From NCBI GenBank assembly GCA_015680685.1, contig MNCI01000556.1, forward strand, positions 1,641,634 through 1,705,633: DNA of 64,000 nucleotides, given 5' to 3'. This DNA is from Gnetum montanum. Taxonomy: Eukaryota > Plantae > Gnetophyta. Under the pieces are notes generated by a model that ran no database searches, was not told where the DNA came from, and saw only the letters and a list, made by a program, of their open reading frames with translations. Below are positions 40,251-53,478 of the stretch, one piece after another (position 1 is the stretch's first letter; every line of letters starts with the position of its first letter). Made by a program: the position numbers and the translations under genes.

Positions 40251-43200
40251 TATATCCTCTATTAATTGCATGAAATAATATAGAATACAATAGAACCAAA
40301 AAACTAGAATACACAGATTCCTCAAACTCTATAAGTTCTAGGACTAAGAAACTTAGAATACAATCACCATGTACTCTCAAAAAAATGGTAGAGTAGTAGG
40401 CTTCATAATCCACACAAGATTATCCTTAATAGTAAACTAGTGGTCCACTCATGATAGAAGTTTGTATGTGTTATAGAACATAATGAGCTTGCAATCTACT
40501 TACGGTAGAGGATTATATCCAATATAAGTTATGGTGATCTCAAGGCTAAGTTGAGATAGTATTGGTTGCATTTTATATTGGATGTGAGTCATAGTTCACT
40601 CATGATAGTGTTCATGACCTTGTCGTAAATCATGGTAGGGGACTAAGCAAGAGAAATTATTCTTTATTGCTATGTCTATGTTAATTGTGATTTGTAGTGA
40701 CACTCTTAATATCAACCATGATGCTACCATGAGTCATTTTTAATGAAATAAAATGAGCTACATGTTGCGGCTTAAGTTACATTCATGGTATGTTCTCTTG
40801 GAAAGATATGGAAGGGAATATAAAGACTAGTTTAATTATGGATGTGTATGTGTAGGATCCATAACCTTTATGGTATACTTTGGTACATAAATGACTAATG
40901 TAGAATCATGTGGCACTGGATGCTTGTGACTACTGATTATAGTATATGTTAGAGTATAGTGTGAATTTTTCTTATGAGATATATAACATAGTTATGTCCA
41001 TTGGCTATTAAGGATTAAGTTAGCCTAGTCATAATTCTTATTAAGTATGTGTAAGACATGAGTTACTTATGTTGCTTATTTAAACTTAAGAAAGTATTGC
41101 ATGATATATGCTTTTATGACAATACAGGTTATGTTGGTTACTTATAATAATTGGTCTATGAGTGGAGCTATAATGAGGTGTGTGAACTACTTGGTGGTGA
41201 GGCATTCTAAAGAATTTTTGATTAGCTCCTACTATGATGTATTAGAGAGGTTATTATCTTAGGCTTCTATGGAGAGTGAAAGACCATAAGTGTGAATATT
41301 CTTACGATTGGTATGTGACATAGGTGTATTAGTTCCTATGGCCAAATCTCTAAAAGGCTAACATTTATGGATCATAGGTTGATGGATACTATACTAATTG
41401 GAAATTAGAAAACTAATAAAATACTTAAAGACATTTAATTACAACCATACATAACAACCGATGCATATGCTACACTAAGTGTAAATATGCTAGTTTCCAC
41501 ATAGGTTATATTTGTATTTAGTATTGAATTCATGGTTCATCTTAATGATGATAAACAATTTTGTATTTACGATAGAGTATGATTTGCTAGATGCATGCCC
41601 ATTTGTAGTAGTGGAATTTAGGTCGTAGTAGTGGATCACTACTAGCTCATATGCTAATGTCGTAGAGCTATCATTTATGTATAAATTTCTTACACACAAG
41701 TTTCCATGTTAATTTGGTAGGATTATGGTTATGCACTAGATGTTGTGTCATTGAAATTATTCATATAGATTAAGGATATGTTATGAAAAATATACTTGTG
41801 ATGTACGGTATGCTTGAGGACTAATACTAAATGTAAGATGTTATCTTTATCTATTCCTTTCTTCTAGTATAACACTTGTCAATATTTCAATATGGAAGGT
41901 TTAAAGGTCTCCCACTCAGTTTATACCAAATATATCCTTTGTAGGTAATGAAGCTTAGAGTGTAGCAGAACATTAGAGATATTCGAAAGGATGGAGCTAT
42001 GGTCCTTATATGTATTTGTATATTTCTTTACATGCTTGTGTGTGAGATGGACTTATTTATCTATGGCTTCAATATGGAAAAATTTTAAGTTGTGAGTTAC
42101 ATGATGACATATTGGTACTATTTCTATGATAGAAAGTGGATAGTATGCTAGATAGTTATGTCATGTTTTTGGTTAGTCTGTGGATGTGTTATGCATAGTA
42201 GTGATATATGATGGTTTGGTTGTTGATTTATACCTAGCATACATTATATGAGATTTAAAATTTATGTCATTTTCTTTCATTGTGTTTATTAAGTGATCTT
42301 TTGAATCATTTTATTTCACTAAGCATTGAATAATTCTAGGCATAGCATCATTGTGTCTATGTTCTCTATGTTGGGTGTTAGCCTAGTTATACAAAGGTGA
42401 TAAAAAGTATGTTATCAAAATAATATGTTTAGCAATAAATCTAATTTTGTATACAAATGATATTTCATCAATTTCTACATCTAATTCAAGTATCCAAAAT
42501 ATGTTGCAAGTTTTAGAAATTTTTTACCTTTCATTTAGTTTGAAAGTCAATTTAAAGAAAAATAAAGCAACAATATAGGTCCAAGAAATGTACATTACAT
42601 TTTTTTAGTTTTAGATATGCTAATATTAAAATAATGAACTTATTTAGATCTTATGGTCTTAACTATGTTAAGAATTATATATAGAATACTTGTATCAAAG
42701 ATTAAATACCAATAGGAATTAAAGCTCTCTATACAATCAAAAATAAGTGCAAAGAATTAGCAATATGGATTTAGAAAGTTAGAAAACATTTTTTTATACT
42801 TTTATTTATCCTATTGTGCTACATGGATGTGTAGTGTAGCGGCCAAATCTTAGTGTAAAAAGGTTGACAAGTTATTAAAAGGATGCAAAATATTTTTTAA
42901 TTAGCTAAATTGAAGGTTAAGACTCAAATATTATATCCTATGTTATTTTTGGAGTGTAACTTACTTCCCCTAGAAATTGAAGCTCTTTGCCAATTTATTG
43001 CATTTACTCAACCTTATAGAAATTGATGAACTTAAGTGTTTTTAAAGTAGTCCTTAAAAGTAAAAGAGAACAAGGCTAGTATATTTAGAAGATATAATGG
43101 TTTAAGACATAGAACATATAGGAGTAGGAGACAAAAGCATTATATTTATAAGGTTACATTGAAATGTCGAAGGAAAAAATCATAGTTAGAGCACATTAGA

Positions 43201-45091
43201 GGTAGTTCTTTAGATTCACCTATTTAATATCCTAAAGTTTATATCTCAATTATAGCTTGTAATTTTATTAGTAGGTTTTGTCTAAGTTTACATTGTCTAA
43301 GAATAGAAAGTAAAAGATTGATTTACCTATAAATAGAAGAGCATAAATGTAGGTTATGTGGGCCTAAAGTCATTGAGAATGAGTAACATTTTTGCAATTA
43401 TCATATTATTAAACATGTAAGGCAAAAATATAATATTTTTATCAAAAATATTTTGGCTTGACACCACCAACTAATATAATATTTTTGCTAAAAATTTGTA
43501 TGATTTATTTTTGTTCCATCTAGTAGCAGTTAGCCAATTTGTAATGTTACATTTTATTTTTCATAACATGAATGTATTGGTTGTTAAATAAATCCTTTAT
43601 GTTTATCAAATTAAATAAAATCTTTAAATATATTTATAAATTTTATATTTTAAAAATAATTTTTTAATAAAAACAAGAAAACATGAAGTTAGCAACACAA
43701 CCTTTATCCATACAATAAACATAGATATATTTCTAAAGCAACAAAGCTAGATGTATTTCTAAAGCTTCATGATAAAAAATTCTATATCAATGAATATAGC
43801 ATTTTAATCTAGTAAGTGAAAATATGGTTGTAAATATTTGAACGTTAACCACATAGAGTACTATTACTTTATCTTTCTTAATTTGGAATGGGTGTCCAAA
43901 CTCTTATTTTAACAATATTTACCTTAAGATATATATAGAGAGAGAAAGAGAGTTAAACTAGAACCTTATAACTCAACATTGCCTACTTGAATTACTTCAA
44001 AATCAAGAATCTTACTGCTAGAATAACATCTCATTGTTTTCTACTTTTTAAATTAATAAAAAGGCGACTCTTAAAGTGCATATAGAAATCTTAAAAATTA
44101 AAAAATAAAGATATTTTCTATGTGCACCATGTAAACAAAATCACAAGATCTATTATCAGAAAGCATGTCTAAAAATGAATTGGGATGAGGCTAGGATGAT
44201 GATGATTTTAGAAAATGAAAAAAAAATAAAATCCATCTAATAAATATAAAAAATTTTCATTTTTCAAACTCCTAGTTTCATGAAAATTCATTGTCAAGCA
44301 ATGAATTCAAAGTTATGAAATCCTATATTGAAATATAGGTACATTTGAATTAAAACTTTAAACTTTATAAGTTAGCTCATATTTGTCACTTCGAGATTCC
44401 AAGTCAATACTTTTACCACTTGCCTTGCTTTCCAAGTCAATACTCTTACTACTCCTGAATTTAATTCTTCCCTATTCAAAGATAAAAAATTCCACACGAA
44501 ATGAATACATTTTTTTTTGTTGTTTCCCAAAAAATAATGCCATCCAAATCAAAACTCTTGTTAACTAAGCTTTTTCTAATTATCAATGCAAACACATATA
44601 TGAAACAACGAATCTTGTAGCATTACATGATCAATGTAAACATGTATATGAATTAAGAATATACACCTACAACCAAACTTGTTGATGTTCATTATAGTTG
44701 GCTTTTAATAGATCAGACACATATGTAAGTGAAAATGAGTTATGTGAAGGATGCATTCGAGAAACACACCTAGACATGGACAAAGATGAACCCTATATTA
44801 CTAAAACTAAAATTCCAGTAAGCCATAACATAAAGCTACAAGAGGATTTGTTAGTAATCAATTTTTGGAGTTAGAAAAGGAATTAGAATCATGGACAATA
44901 GAGAGAGAAAGGGAGATAAAGACAATCATTCTTGAACAAAACTCATTAGTCCTTAAATCAGGCATATGAAGCTGTAGCTATCATTCACTCATCAATCATC
45001 ACTCACTGTAATGTCTTATCCCTTGTTAAAGGGAAGAAACAATTGTAAATAATGTAATTAACCTTCAAATGAAGGGGCACCTTGTTATGAG

Positions 45092-46749
45092 TGTACCGTC
45101 CTAAATTTTTGGTGTAAGGATGGAAGGGAAACAAACACCGAGAGATTGTTGGGCAGCCACAGTTGACCCTGCCTTCACTCAAGGGCAAGCTGGAAAAGTA
45201 GACAAAGGTAGAGTGTCTTGGATGGTCTGCACGTAAATCAACCAAGGACTTCCCTGAGCGTAAGCTACGACTAGTGCTAGGATTATCGTAAATGGTATGT
45301 AAATGGAATGCAAACGGTGATACGAAATGTAAATAAAGTGTATTGAATTATGAATAAAGCATAAACAAAGTTATGTTTGTAAAGCATAAATAGAACTAAA
45401 CAATGTAAATGGGAGGTAATAATCAATTGTACTATATTGTTTAAAAAAATGTGCACTGGTCAAAGCGTAGTTGCACAAGTGTGGATGGCAAGTCAAATGC
45501 CTAGCCCCAAAAAGATAGGACACGATGATGCAATGATGAAATGGGATGAACGTGAGAAGAAATTGGAAGTCAAAAATCGAATGTGCCGAACGCCCAAGGA
45601 TTGCAAGTTCTATCCTCCTTCAGAATTTTCAAACTCTCCAATCTTTGCCTCTTCCTCTCCCTTCTCTCTTGCTACTTTTTCTTTGCTTCTCTTGCCTTCC
45701 TCCAATTTGTGTGAATTGATGGGGTATTTATAGGGTTGCGCTAGGGTTTTGGCTAGGGTTTTGTTTGACCAGGTTCAATGTATCTGTGCTGGATAGTTGT
45801 ACACGAGTTGGATGTGTGTTGGAAATTGCATACTTTGAACAAGTTCAATGTATTTTACAACTTTTTGGTCATTCTAGCCCATAAAAATACAAATAATTAG
45901 AAAAAACAAGCCCTTCAGTGATACAATTTAAAAATTTAAAAAGAAAATTTAGAAAGATTATCTCTAGCTCCAGCTTGCTTGAAAATTTATATATATATAT
46001 ATATTTTTTTGTTGAATATTTGGCCTAATTTTTTATGGGCTTTCATATCCCTTTGCCATTTTATAGATTTCTTGAAAAAGAAAATCAAGAAGGATTAACA
46101 CCGCCTCGCTTTTCTAGCATCCAGCGTGACTTGTAGTGTGACCTCCAAAACTTGCCATTTTGGGCTGAAATCTGGAATTTCTGAAGGTTGGGACCCATAG
46201 TTATCAATAGTGGACCTTGAGGACAACTTACACCCTTGAAATCAAGTCATTTTGGCTCATTTTTAGGGCTCTAAAAGTTGGTGACGCTGATCCTTACACT
46301 ATGCAACGTTTGAAAAAGTAACCCCAGCGTCACCAAGTCAAAATGGCATATTTGAGGCCCAAATCTTGATTTTCTAGAGGCTGGGAGCTACTAGGGACCT
46401 TGGTGAAGGTCATGGGAGGTCCTTATGCTCGATTTTGGCTTGTCTTAACTCAATTTTGGGGCTCCAAAAGTTGGTGACGCTGATCCTTACGCTGTGCAGC
46501 GTCTAAAAAAGCAACCAAAGTGTACTTAGCCAAAACCAAATATTTTGAACCAGAAACTTTTGATTCTAGATGCTGGAAGTTGGTGCATTTTCCTATGGGC
46601 CCCAGGGGGACCTTTCCTATTGAATCATGGACCATCAAGGGTTGTTTTGGAGGCCTCCAAGTTTGGTCACATTGTACTCATGTTGGGTAGTAGCATGACT
46701 TAGCTTGACTCTTGTCTAAAAGTGCTAGGCCAAAATTAGTGGTGTTTCA
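45092..46749 (-). mobile_element. Ogre/Tat-like solo LTR (1658 bp)
   Basis: TG...CA termini with imperfect inverted ends and perfect TSD ATGAG. Minus-strand TATAAATA near 45725, two telo-boxes near 45741-45760, repeated GTGACGCTG/CAGCGTCAC motifs. Lineage inferred from length and termini only. Confidence 0.85.
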
Positions 46750-48769
46750 ATGAGGAGTTACAATTATTCATATATCCTTTGGGAAAGGGTTTGACCTATG
46801 TCATTTAAGGCTAGGTTTAGAGGTCATGCCGATATGGAGTTGTAGAGCTAAGAAAGGCAAGTGATGGGAGCTAGATGAAGTGGGACAGGAAGGGACTAAT
46901 CACCTCTTTGACTGGATAGCCTAATTGTGGTAGCAATGTTAGATTGCCTCAAAGGCTTAAGTGACATAGGAAAATAACCTAGAGGGTGTTACAATTCTCT
47001 CTCCTATTAATAAAAGTTTTGTATTTTCCTTTTTTATTTCATAGTATCAATTATTTATTTACTAGGTAATTCATTTATTAAGTATTTATGATGTTTTTAT
47101 TATATTATCTAAGGAAATGATGAACGTTATAAATTAAGCAATCATATTTTTACAACATTTGTGAATGGGATGTCACATTTGGTATCAAAGAAAACCATGA
47201 TTTAGAAGATAAAATTGAAGAAAAATATTATTTTATTGTGTAATAGAAGAGGAGGAAGTACATCCAAGTAGAATATAGAAAAGGAAGAATGGGGAAGGAA
47301 GTAGAACACAAGAATGGGAAAGATGTAAAGAAAACAATAGTGATCATTTGTTGCAACCAAAGGAGTTGAGGAGATTTGTGAATATCTTCAATTGTGCTTT
47401 GCTTTCTTGATTAGTAGCATCCTTCTTACTAAGAACTACCTTAAATCTAGCCAATCCATCACACAATTGTTTGATGTACTTGATCACACCTTGTTGTAGC
47501 TATTGATTCCTCCTTTCTCTTAAGTTGGGTCTCTAGCATATCTATTTGAATCGATCGATCATCCATGTCCTTTTGCCATTCCTTCTCTTTCCTCTACATA
47601 AATAAGACTAAAATCATGAGTTATGAGCAAATCAAGAAAAAGGGAAGAGCAAAAGTAAAAAAAAATATTTACCCAAAACCAATCATTATGAATTTGGAGG
47701 AATTGTTCACAAGTCTTTTAGATGGCGAGCCAAGCACATTGCACTCTCCAATTCTCCTAAGAGTTGTTCTAGATCTTTGATAACATTTGAAGCATCCTCA
47801 AGAATTAGGTATAAAGATGATGGAGCTCCAACCTGTACTAAACCATAGTCTATGTTCAAGTTGCATGACTAAGACTTCCGTAAGTGGTAGACATGAAAAA
47901 TTTGTTGACTAAGATGTTGAAGAAGCACGAGTTCCTCTTCATGAGTTACCACTATCTATCCCATCGAATAAGAAGAACCCAAGATAGAAAAAGAAGGAAC
48001 CAATGGAACAAACTTAAGAACTGATGTTTGTGCCACTTGTGAAAATGAACCTCTTCCAAGTGTCATAGAAAAAGAAGTTATGTGTGGTGATCTAGATGGA
48101 GGAATGGGAGTTTGTTCAAAAGTGGCACCTGCATCAACTTTTTCTAAATTTGTTATTTCTGGCTTCACTAAAATGGAATTATTGCTAGCTTAATGCATAG
48201 TGCTCTCCAAGATGATTCCAATGGTACTAATTTCATCAACATCTAACTTACAAGTTGGAAGATATAATAATTCTTGAGTTAAGTGTAGTTTTTAAATTAA
48301 AAAACTATTTTTAAATAATACTTTTAAAATTTTAAATTTTAGGTGTAGTGACTAGAGGTCTCAAGTCCAATTCTAAGTCCCAATTTTTAAAATTTTATAT
48401 TAAACAAATAAATAATTATTATTATTCAAAATAAAAATCCCAAACCCTTGGTAGGGCCATGACAAGGCCTCCTATCGACCACAACTGGCCATGTTGCTAG
48501 CTACACGAAGGGCCAACCCAAGGATGACCATGCAGTGCACATCACCTATTTCCACCATGCCACACCTATGCCTACCATCATGCCACCACCATGCACCTGC
48601 TACCTACTATTGTGCATTTCCATGCACCTACTTCCTTACTACTCATTACTACACTATGTCCTACAATTGCTACCATGCCATCTACTACACCCATTTCTTA
48701 GCATTGTCTATTTTCATGCGTGCACCCATGGTCATCTTTTGAGCTACATATCTTCGTGTTCAAATCCAT

Positions 48770-49228
48770 GAAACATCGCCTCTCATAATGCCAAACATCA
48801 CCTCCCATGTTGCTAGACATTACCTCTCACACTCTCAAACATCGCCTCCCATGTTGTTGGACATCACCTCTCATGCTGCCAAACATTACCTCTTGTGTTA
48901 CCAAACATCACCTCCCATGCCACCAAAAATCACCTTCCATGCCTCTAAACATCACTTCTCACACCACCAAACATTGACTATCACACCACTGAACATTGCC
49001 TCACATGCCACCAAACATCGCCTCTCGCACCACTGAACATCACCTCATGCACCACCAAACATCACCTTCCATGTCATCGAAAATTGCCTCTCACGTCACC
49101 AAACATCACCTCCTAGGCTATTGGGCATCACCTTAATGTTGCTAAACATTGCCTCCCTTGCCACTAATCATTGCCTCTCTAGATGCCACTAATCATTGCC
49201 TCTCTAGATGCCATCAATCATCACCTCC
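48770..49228 (+). repeat. 22-bp minisatellite (~20 copies) in the chromovirus leader
   Basis: Unit ~AAACATCACCTCCCATGCCACC, contiguous, no spacers. Confidence 0.9.
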
Positions 49229-49726
49229 TTCTGATGAGCAATATTGGCCCTATTTGACTATGCATAGAAGCTACATGAGCCCTACATGGGCCACATGAGC
49301 CCATTTAAGGGATTATGTTGGCCCTAAAAAAGGCCATGTACGTCCTCAGGTAGGGTGCACAAGCCCTGTAAAGGGTTGCATAGGCCCTAAAGAGGCAAAA
49401 CAAACAAATGGCCCATTCCCATTAGCTAGCCCTAGCCTCCTCGAATTCTTCCAACATTGCCAATGGCCTCCAAGCACATCTAGCCTATCCCTATGGCCAT
49501 TACCACCATTGTTCCTATCGTCGCACAACAGGAAAATTCTTCATTAGTAGATAGGAAATTCAAAATTTCCATCAATTGATAGGAATTTCGAAATGCCCAT
49601 TAGTAGAAAAAAAATTTATAACAAAAATTTCATTATTAATCATCAATTTAAATTAAGAACGTGCATAAATATTTTCAAAAATTCAAAATTGGTGCCTTTG
49701 TAATAATGGGAATAAAAATTTCATCA

Positions 49727-49778
49727 TTAAGTGTGCTCATTCAGGAGTAGAACTAGGATGGGTGATCTCTTGAGAAAT
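49727..49778 (+). promoter_or_regulatory. 5S rRNA internal-control-region-like fragment (A box-IE-C box); not a full 5S gene
   Basis: TTAAGTGTGCTCATTCAGGAGTAGAACTAGGATGGGTGATCTCTTGAGAAAT aligns without gaps to the plant 5S sequence as recalled (TTAAGCGTGCTTGGGCGAGAGTAGTACTAGGATGGGTGACCTCCTGGGAAGT): 40/52 identical, 9 of 12 mismatches are transitions. Confidence 0.8.
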
Positions 49779-50132
49779 TTTGAAAAACATCCAAGTTTTT
49801 GTAAATTTGCAAAAGCTATAATTTTTGAATTCAAAGTCCCTTTTCAACTAAACAAAAATAAATTCCAATAGATTTAATCCTTTTGGACTCAATGGAACTA
49901 TCATACTTAGCTTTCAAATTATAGAAAGTTAGTGTTTTAATTCATTATTTAAGGTACAAAAAATAATTAGGATTCAGTACTCAAGAAGAGATCCATGATA
50001 GTTTCAACTTCTTTTGCAACTAATTAACTATTTTAAGACACATAAGAGGGGCAATAAAAGCTAAGGATTATCAACATACCTGATTGTTTCAACTTACCAA
50101 TGTTTAGAATCCAAAGAATAAATCGGAGAGAG

Positions 50133-53100
50133 ATGGAGACCCAAGTCAATGATCAAATGAATGCCTTTGAAGATCAAATTAAAGAGATTAGTGATGTTCA
50201 AGAAGAGATTCATCACTTAAATCAAGAGTTCCGTACAAAGATGCAAAATATGTCTAAGAAAATTAGGAAATTATCCTAGAGTTTAGAGGATAAATGGTTA
50301 GATCTGCAAGGAAAGATAGATTCATTTGTAGATTCATTCAAGTAATTAATTGACCATCTCACTTAGCCTTCAAATCTTACCCACATTCTACCTAGGAATC
50401 AACATCAAAATTAAGATCAACTTAGCCCTAGAAATCCACATCGAAATCAACCTTGACCTATTGGTCAACAAGATACCAAAATCCCTCCTTTAGGTCATAG
50501 AGTATAAATCAAAGTTGAGGGATATGGGAAATAGTTTAATCCACCTAGAAAATCATTGACACAAGTTCATGCCAAGAAAGTAAAATTAGATCATTATGAT
50601 AGGGCCTCTAGATCTAGTGCCAAGGTAAAGGATTAGCTTGATACAATAAAAGACTACTTTCATATGTTGAATTTGTTAAGCCTAGAACATTTAGAAGTTG
50701 TCTTCTTGTATTTAAAAGGACTTGTGGGAACATGGTGAAATGGAATAAGATCTCGAGGTTTGATTAATAAATTGGCTTAATTTTTATGAAGATTTTGAAT
50801 AAAAATTTATCCTTGATTCTTTCCTCAAAGAGTGCAAAATGATATTTGATTCCTTTAGATTGGGAAGATGATCAATAGAAGATTACGACAAGGAATTTTG
50901 TGATCTTTCTCAGTATGTAAGCCACCAAGATGAAGGAGAATTAGCTTCAAAGTTCATTTGTGGACTACATGCTCAACTACATTCCCAAATATGAGCCCAT
51001 AATTCTCAAACCATTAATGAAGGATACAAAATTGCTAAGGATTATGAAGAATCAAATTAGATATGAGCTATACTTCAACAAACAACTCTTTGATAAGCTA
51101 CCCTTCCATAAGCAATGGTAGAGGAAACACCAATCAAAAGATCTCAATTAGGATCAGGATGTTTTGTTTGTGGTGAAGATTACTTCAAATGAAACTATCC
51201 AAAATTACGAACAAAGGTACAAAGGACCAACCAAATCAAGAATAAAAAACCCAATCCAAAAATGAATAAAGGAAAAATTCCAACCACCACCATAGCTGTG
51301 AAGAAGATATCTACATCAACTAAATTAGGTTTGTGTAAATTTTAATTTGCTTTATTAACTTTTGAAGGTTCAATTAAAGGTAAAAAAATTAAATTTTTTA
51401 TTGATAGTGGTGCTAGTGATAACTTTATTTCTCCAAAGTTAATTAATTTATTGAAATTAAGTTTACCTTTCAGAAAAATTATTAAGATAGAACTTGTAGA
51501 TGGAATGACTGTGAGCAAGCATACTAGGTATGTAGAAATTAACTCTACTTTGCAAAACATGCCTTTGGTTGATGAATTCTTTGAATTTGAACTAGGTGAT
51601 GTTGATGCAGTTTTAGGAATGTCCTTTCTGCAAAAAATTTGTATTACTTCCCACTTTGAAATTCATATTTTAAAAGTCCCAACCACTGATGGAGTGAGGG
51701 TTCTAAGGAGGTAGGAATAGCAAGGATAATTTATACGATAACCATGAAGCAAGCCAAAAGATTAGTCAAAAATGGTGCTATGATATTGGTTGTCAAAGTA
51801 ACCCAACCTTAGAGATCTTCAAGTATTGAGATTCCAAAAGAACTTGAGGAATATAAAGATTCAGTATTTCATGAAATTAGAGAGCTGCCTTAAAAAAGAA
51901 CAATTGAGCATGCTATTAATATTTTTCCTAGTACACAACCTATTTTAAAATCCCTTTAAAGATTTTTTTACTTCTGAATGAAGGGAATTGAAAGCACAAT
52001 TAGATCAATTATTGGAAGAAGGAAAAATTTGACCTAGTGTATCACCTTAGGATGCACCACTCTTATTCATTTAAAAGAAAAATGTTACTTAAAGATTATG
52101 CATCCATATACAACATTGAATAAAGTAATGATTAAAAATACTTATCCTTTGCCTAGAATTGATGATTTCTTTGATCAACTTATGGGTGCATGTTATTTTT
52201 CAAAGATTGATTTAAAATCAAGTTATCACCAAATAAGGATTAAGAAGAAAGATATTGAGAAAACAACTTTCAAAACCAGGTATGGATTATATGAATTTGT
52301 TGTGATACCATTTGGATTAACTAATGCACCTACAACATTCATGGCATTAATGAATAATATTTTTGATGATATCTTGATTAGTTCATTATAGTATTTATGG
52401 ATGATATACTTGTTTATTCTAAGTCGATTGAAGAACATGTCAAACATTTGAAAATTACAATGGAATTTATTAAAGAGCATTAATTAAAAGCTAAATTGTA
52501 TAAATGTGAACTCTTTAAGGAAGAAGTTTCCTACCTTGACCATATAGTTTGTATGAAAGGATTCCAAGTAAATCTAGTAAAAATTAGTGTGACTTGAGAC
52601 TTGCCTAATTTCAAAGATGTTACATTGGTTTGTAGCTTCTTAGGTTTAGTTGGTTTTTATTGACATTTCATTAAAGATTATTCTACCTTGATAACACCAT
52701 TCATTAACCTTTTGCAAGAAAAATGTGTGTTTAAGTTTGATAAAAAAATGTAGGGAAGCTTTCCTCATATTAAAGATGCTACTCATAATAGCACCTATTT
52801 TGAGAATTTCGAATGAAGAATTACCATTTAAAGTAACCATGGATGCCTATGAAATAGGAATTTGTATAGTTCTTTTATAAGAAGATAAAGTGGTATGTTA
52901 TGAATCTTGTAAATTATGAGGAGCTGAGGTAAATTGCTCAACCCATGATATAGAATTACTAGCAATTGTTCATGCTTTAAAAGTTTGGAGGCATTATCTT
53001 TGTGAAAAAATATTTGAACTAAAAATAATATCTTGTGGAAGAAGGTGTGGTAATGACCCCTATGGAAGAAGAAAAAGGTGTCGTGATGAACCCTATGGAT

Positions 53101-53478
53101 GAAGAAATTGATGAACAAATAAAAGAAGATCCTTATTTTAAGAATATTTTAACCAATATTTCCTCTAAGCCTCAATATCAACTTACCTCTAATAGTTTAT
53201 TAATGAAAGGACAAAGAGTGTGCATACGAAAAGGAAATTGAAGACTAAGGTTATTGTGTGAAGCACATGAAGTACCATATGTAGGTCATCCAGGTTATAT
53301 TAAGACTTTATGATGATACACAAACCTTATTTCTAGCCTGGAATGAAGAATGATGTGTTCTCATACATTAAAAATTGTCCAACATACCAAAGAATAAAAT
53401 CTGAACAGTATTACAACCTATGGAAGTCCCAACCTAGAAATGGGAAGATGTCACCATGGATTTCATTGTCATGTTATT
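50133..53478 (+). pseudogene. gag-pol: Degenerate chromovirus gag-pol
   Basis: Decayed knuckle CFVCGED (~51160). Protease [23 protein letters not shown]...[15 protein letters not shown]...PFGLTNAP (52098-52391). RNase H ELLAIVHALKVWRHYL. Integrase AHEVPYVGHPG...KWEDVTMDFI, then break. Confidence 0.92.

Larger units (their letters stand above)
45007..53478 (+). mobile_element. Chromovirus-type Ty3/gypsy, 3'-truncated within integrase
   Basis: 5' LTR 45007-47177 (~0.5 kb net of a nested solo LTR), tRNA-Met PBS TGGTATCAAAG at 47180, ~3-kb leader, gag-pol from 50133. Confidence 0.85.

Noticed and set aside
40400-44990. Probable decayed LTR/TE fragments
   Set aside because: No termini, TSDs or translatable motifs that I could support.
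45007-46993. GGTGTTACA at 46993 as the LTR end
   Set aside because: No TSD; the PBS follows the later ATGTCACA at 47177, matching the other family copy.
48491-49228. His/Pro-rich ORFs and a CRISPR-like regular repeat
   Set aside because: Contiguous 22-bp units with no unique spacers, in a plant retroelement leader; the ORFs are by-products.
49680-49800. Functional 5S rRNA gene
   Set aside because: Only ~52 nt match; 5' and 3' stems absent; no array.
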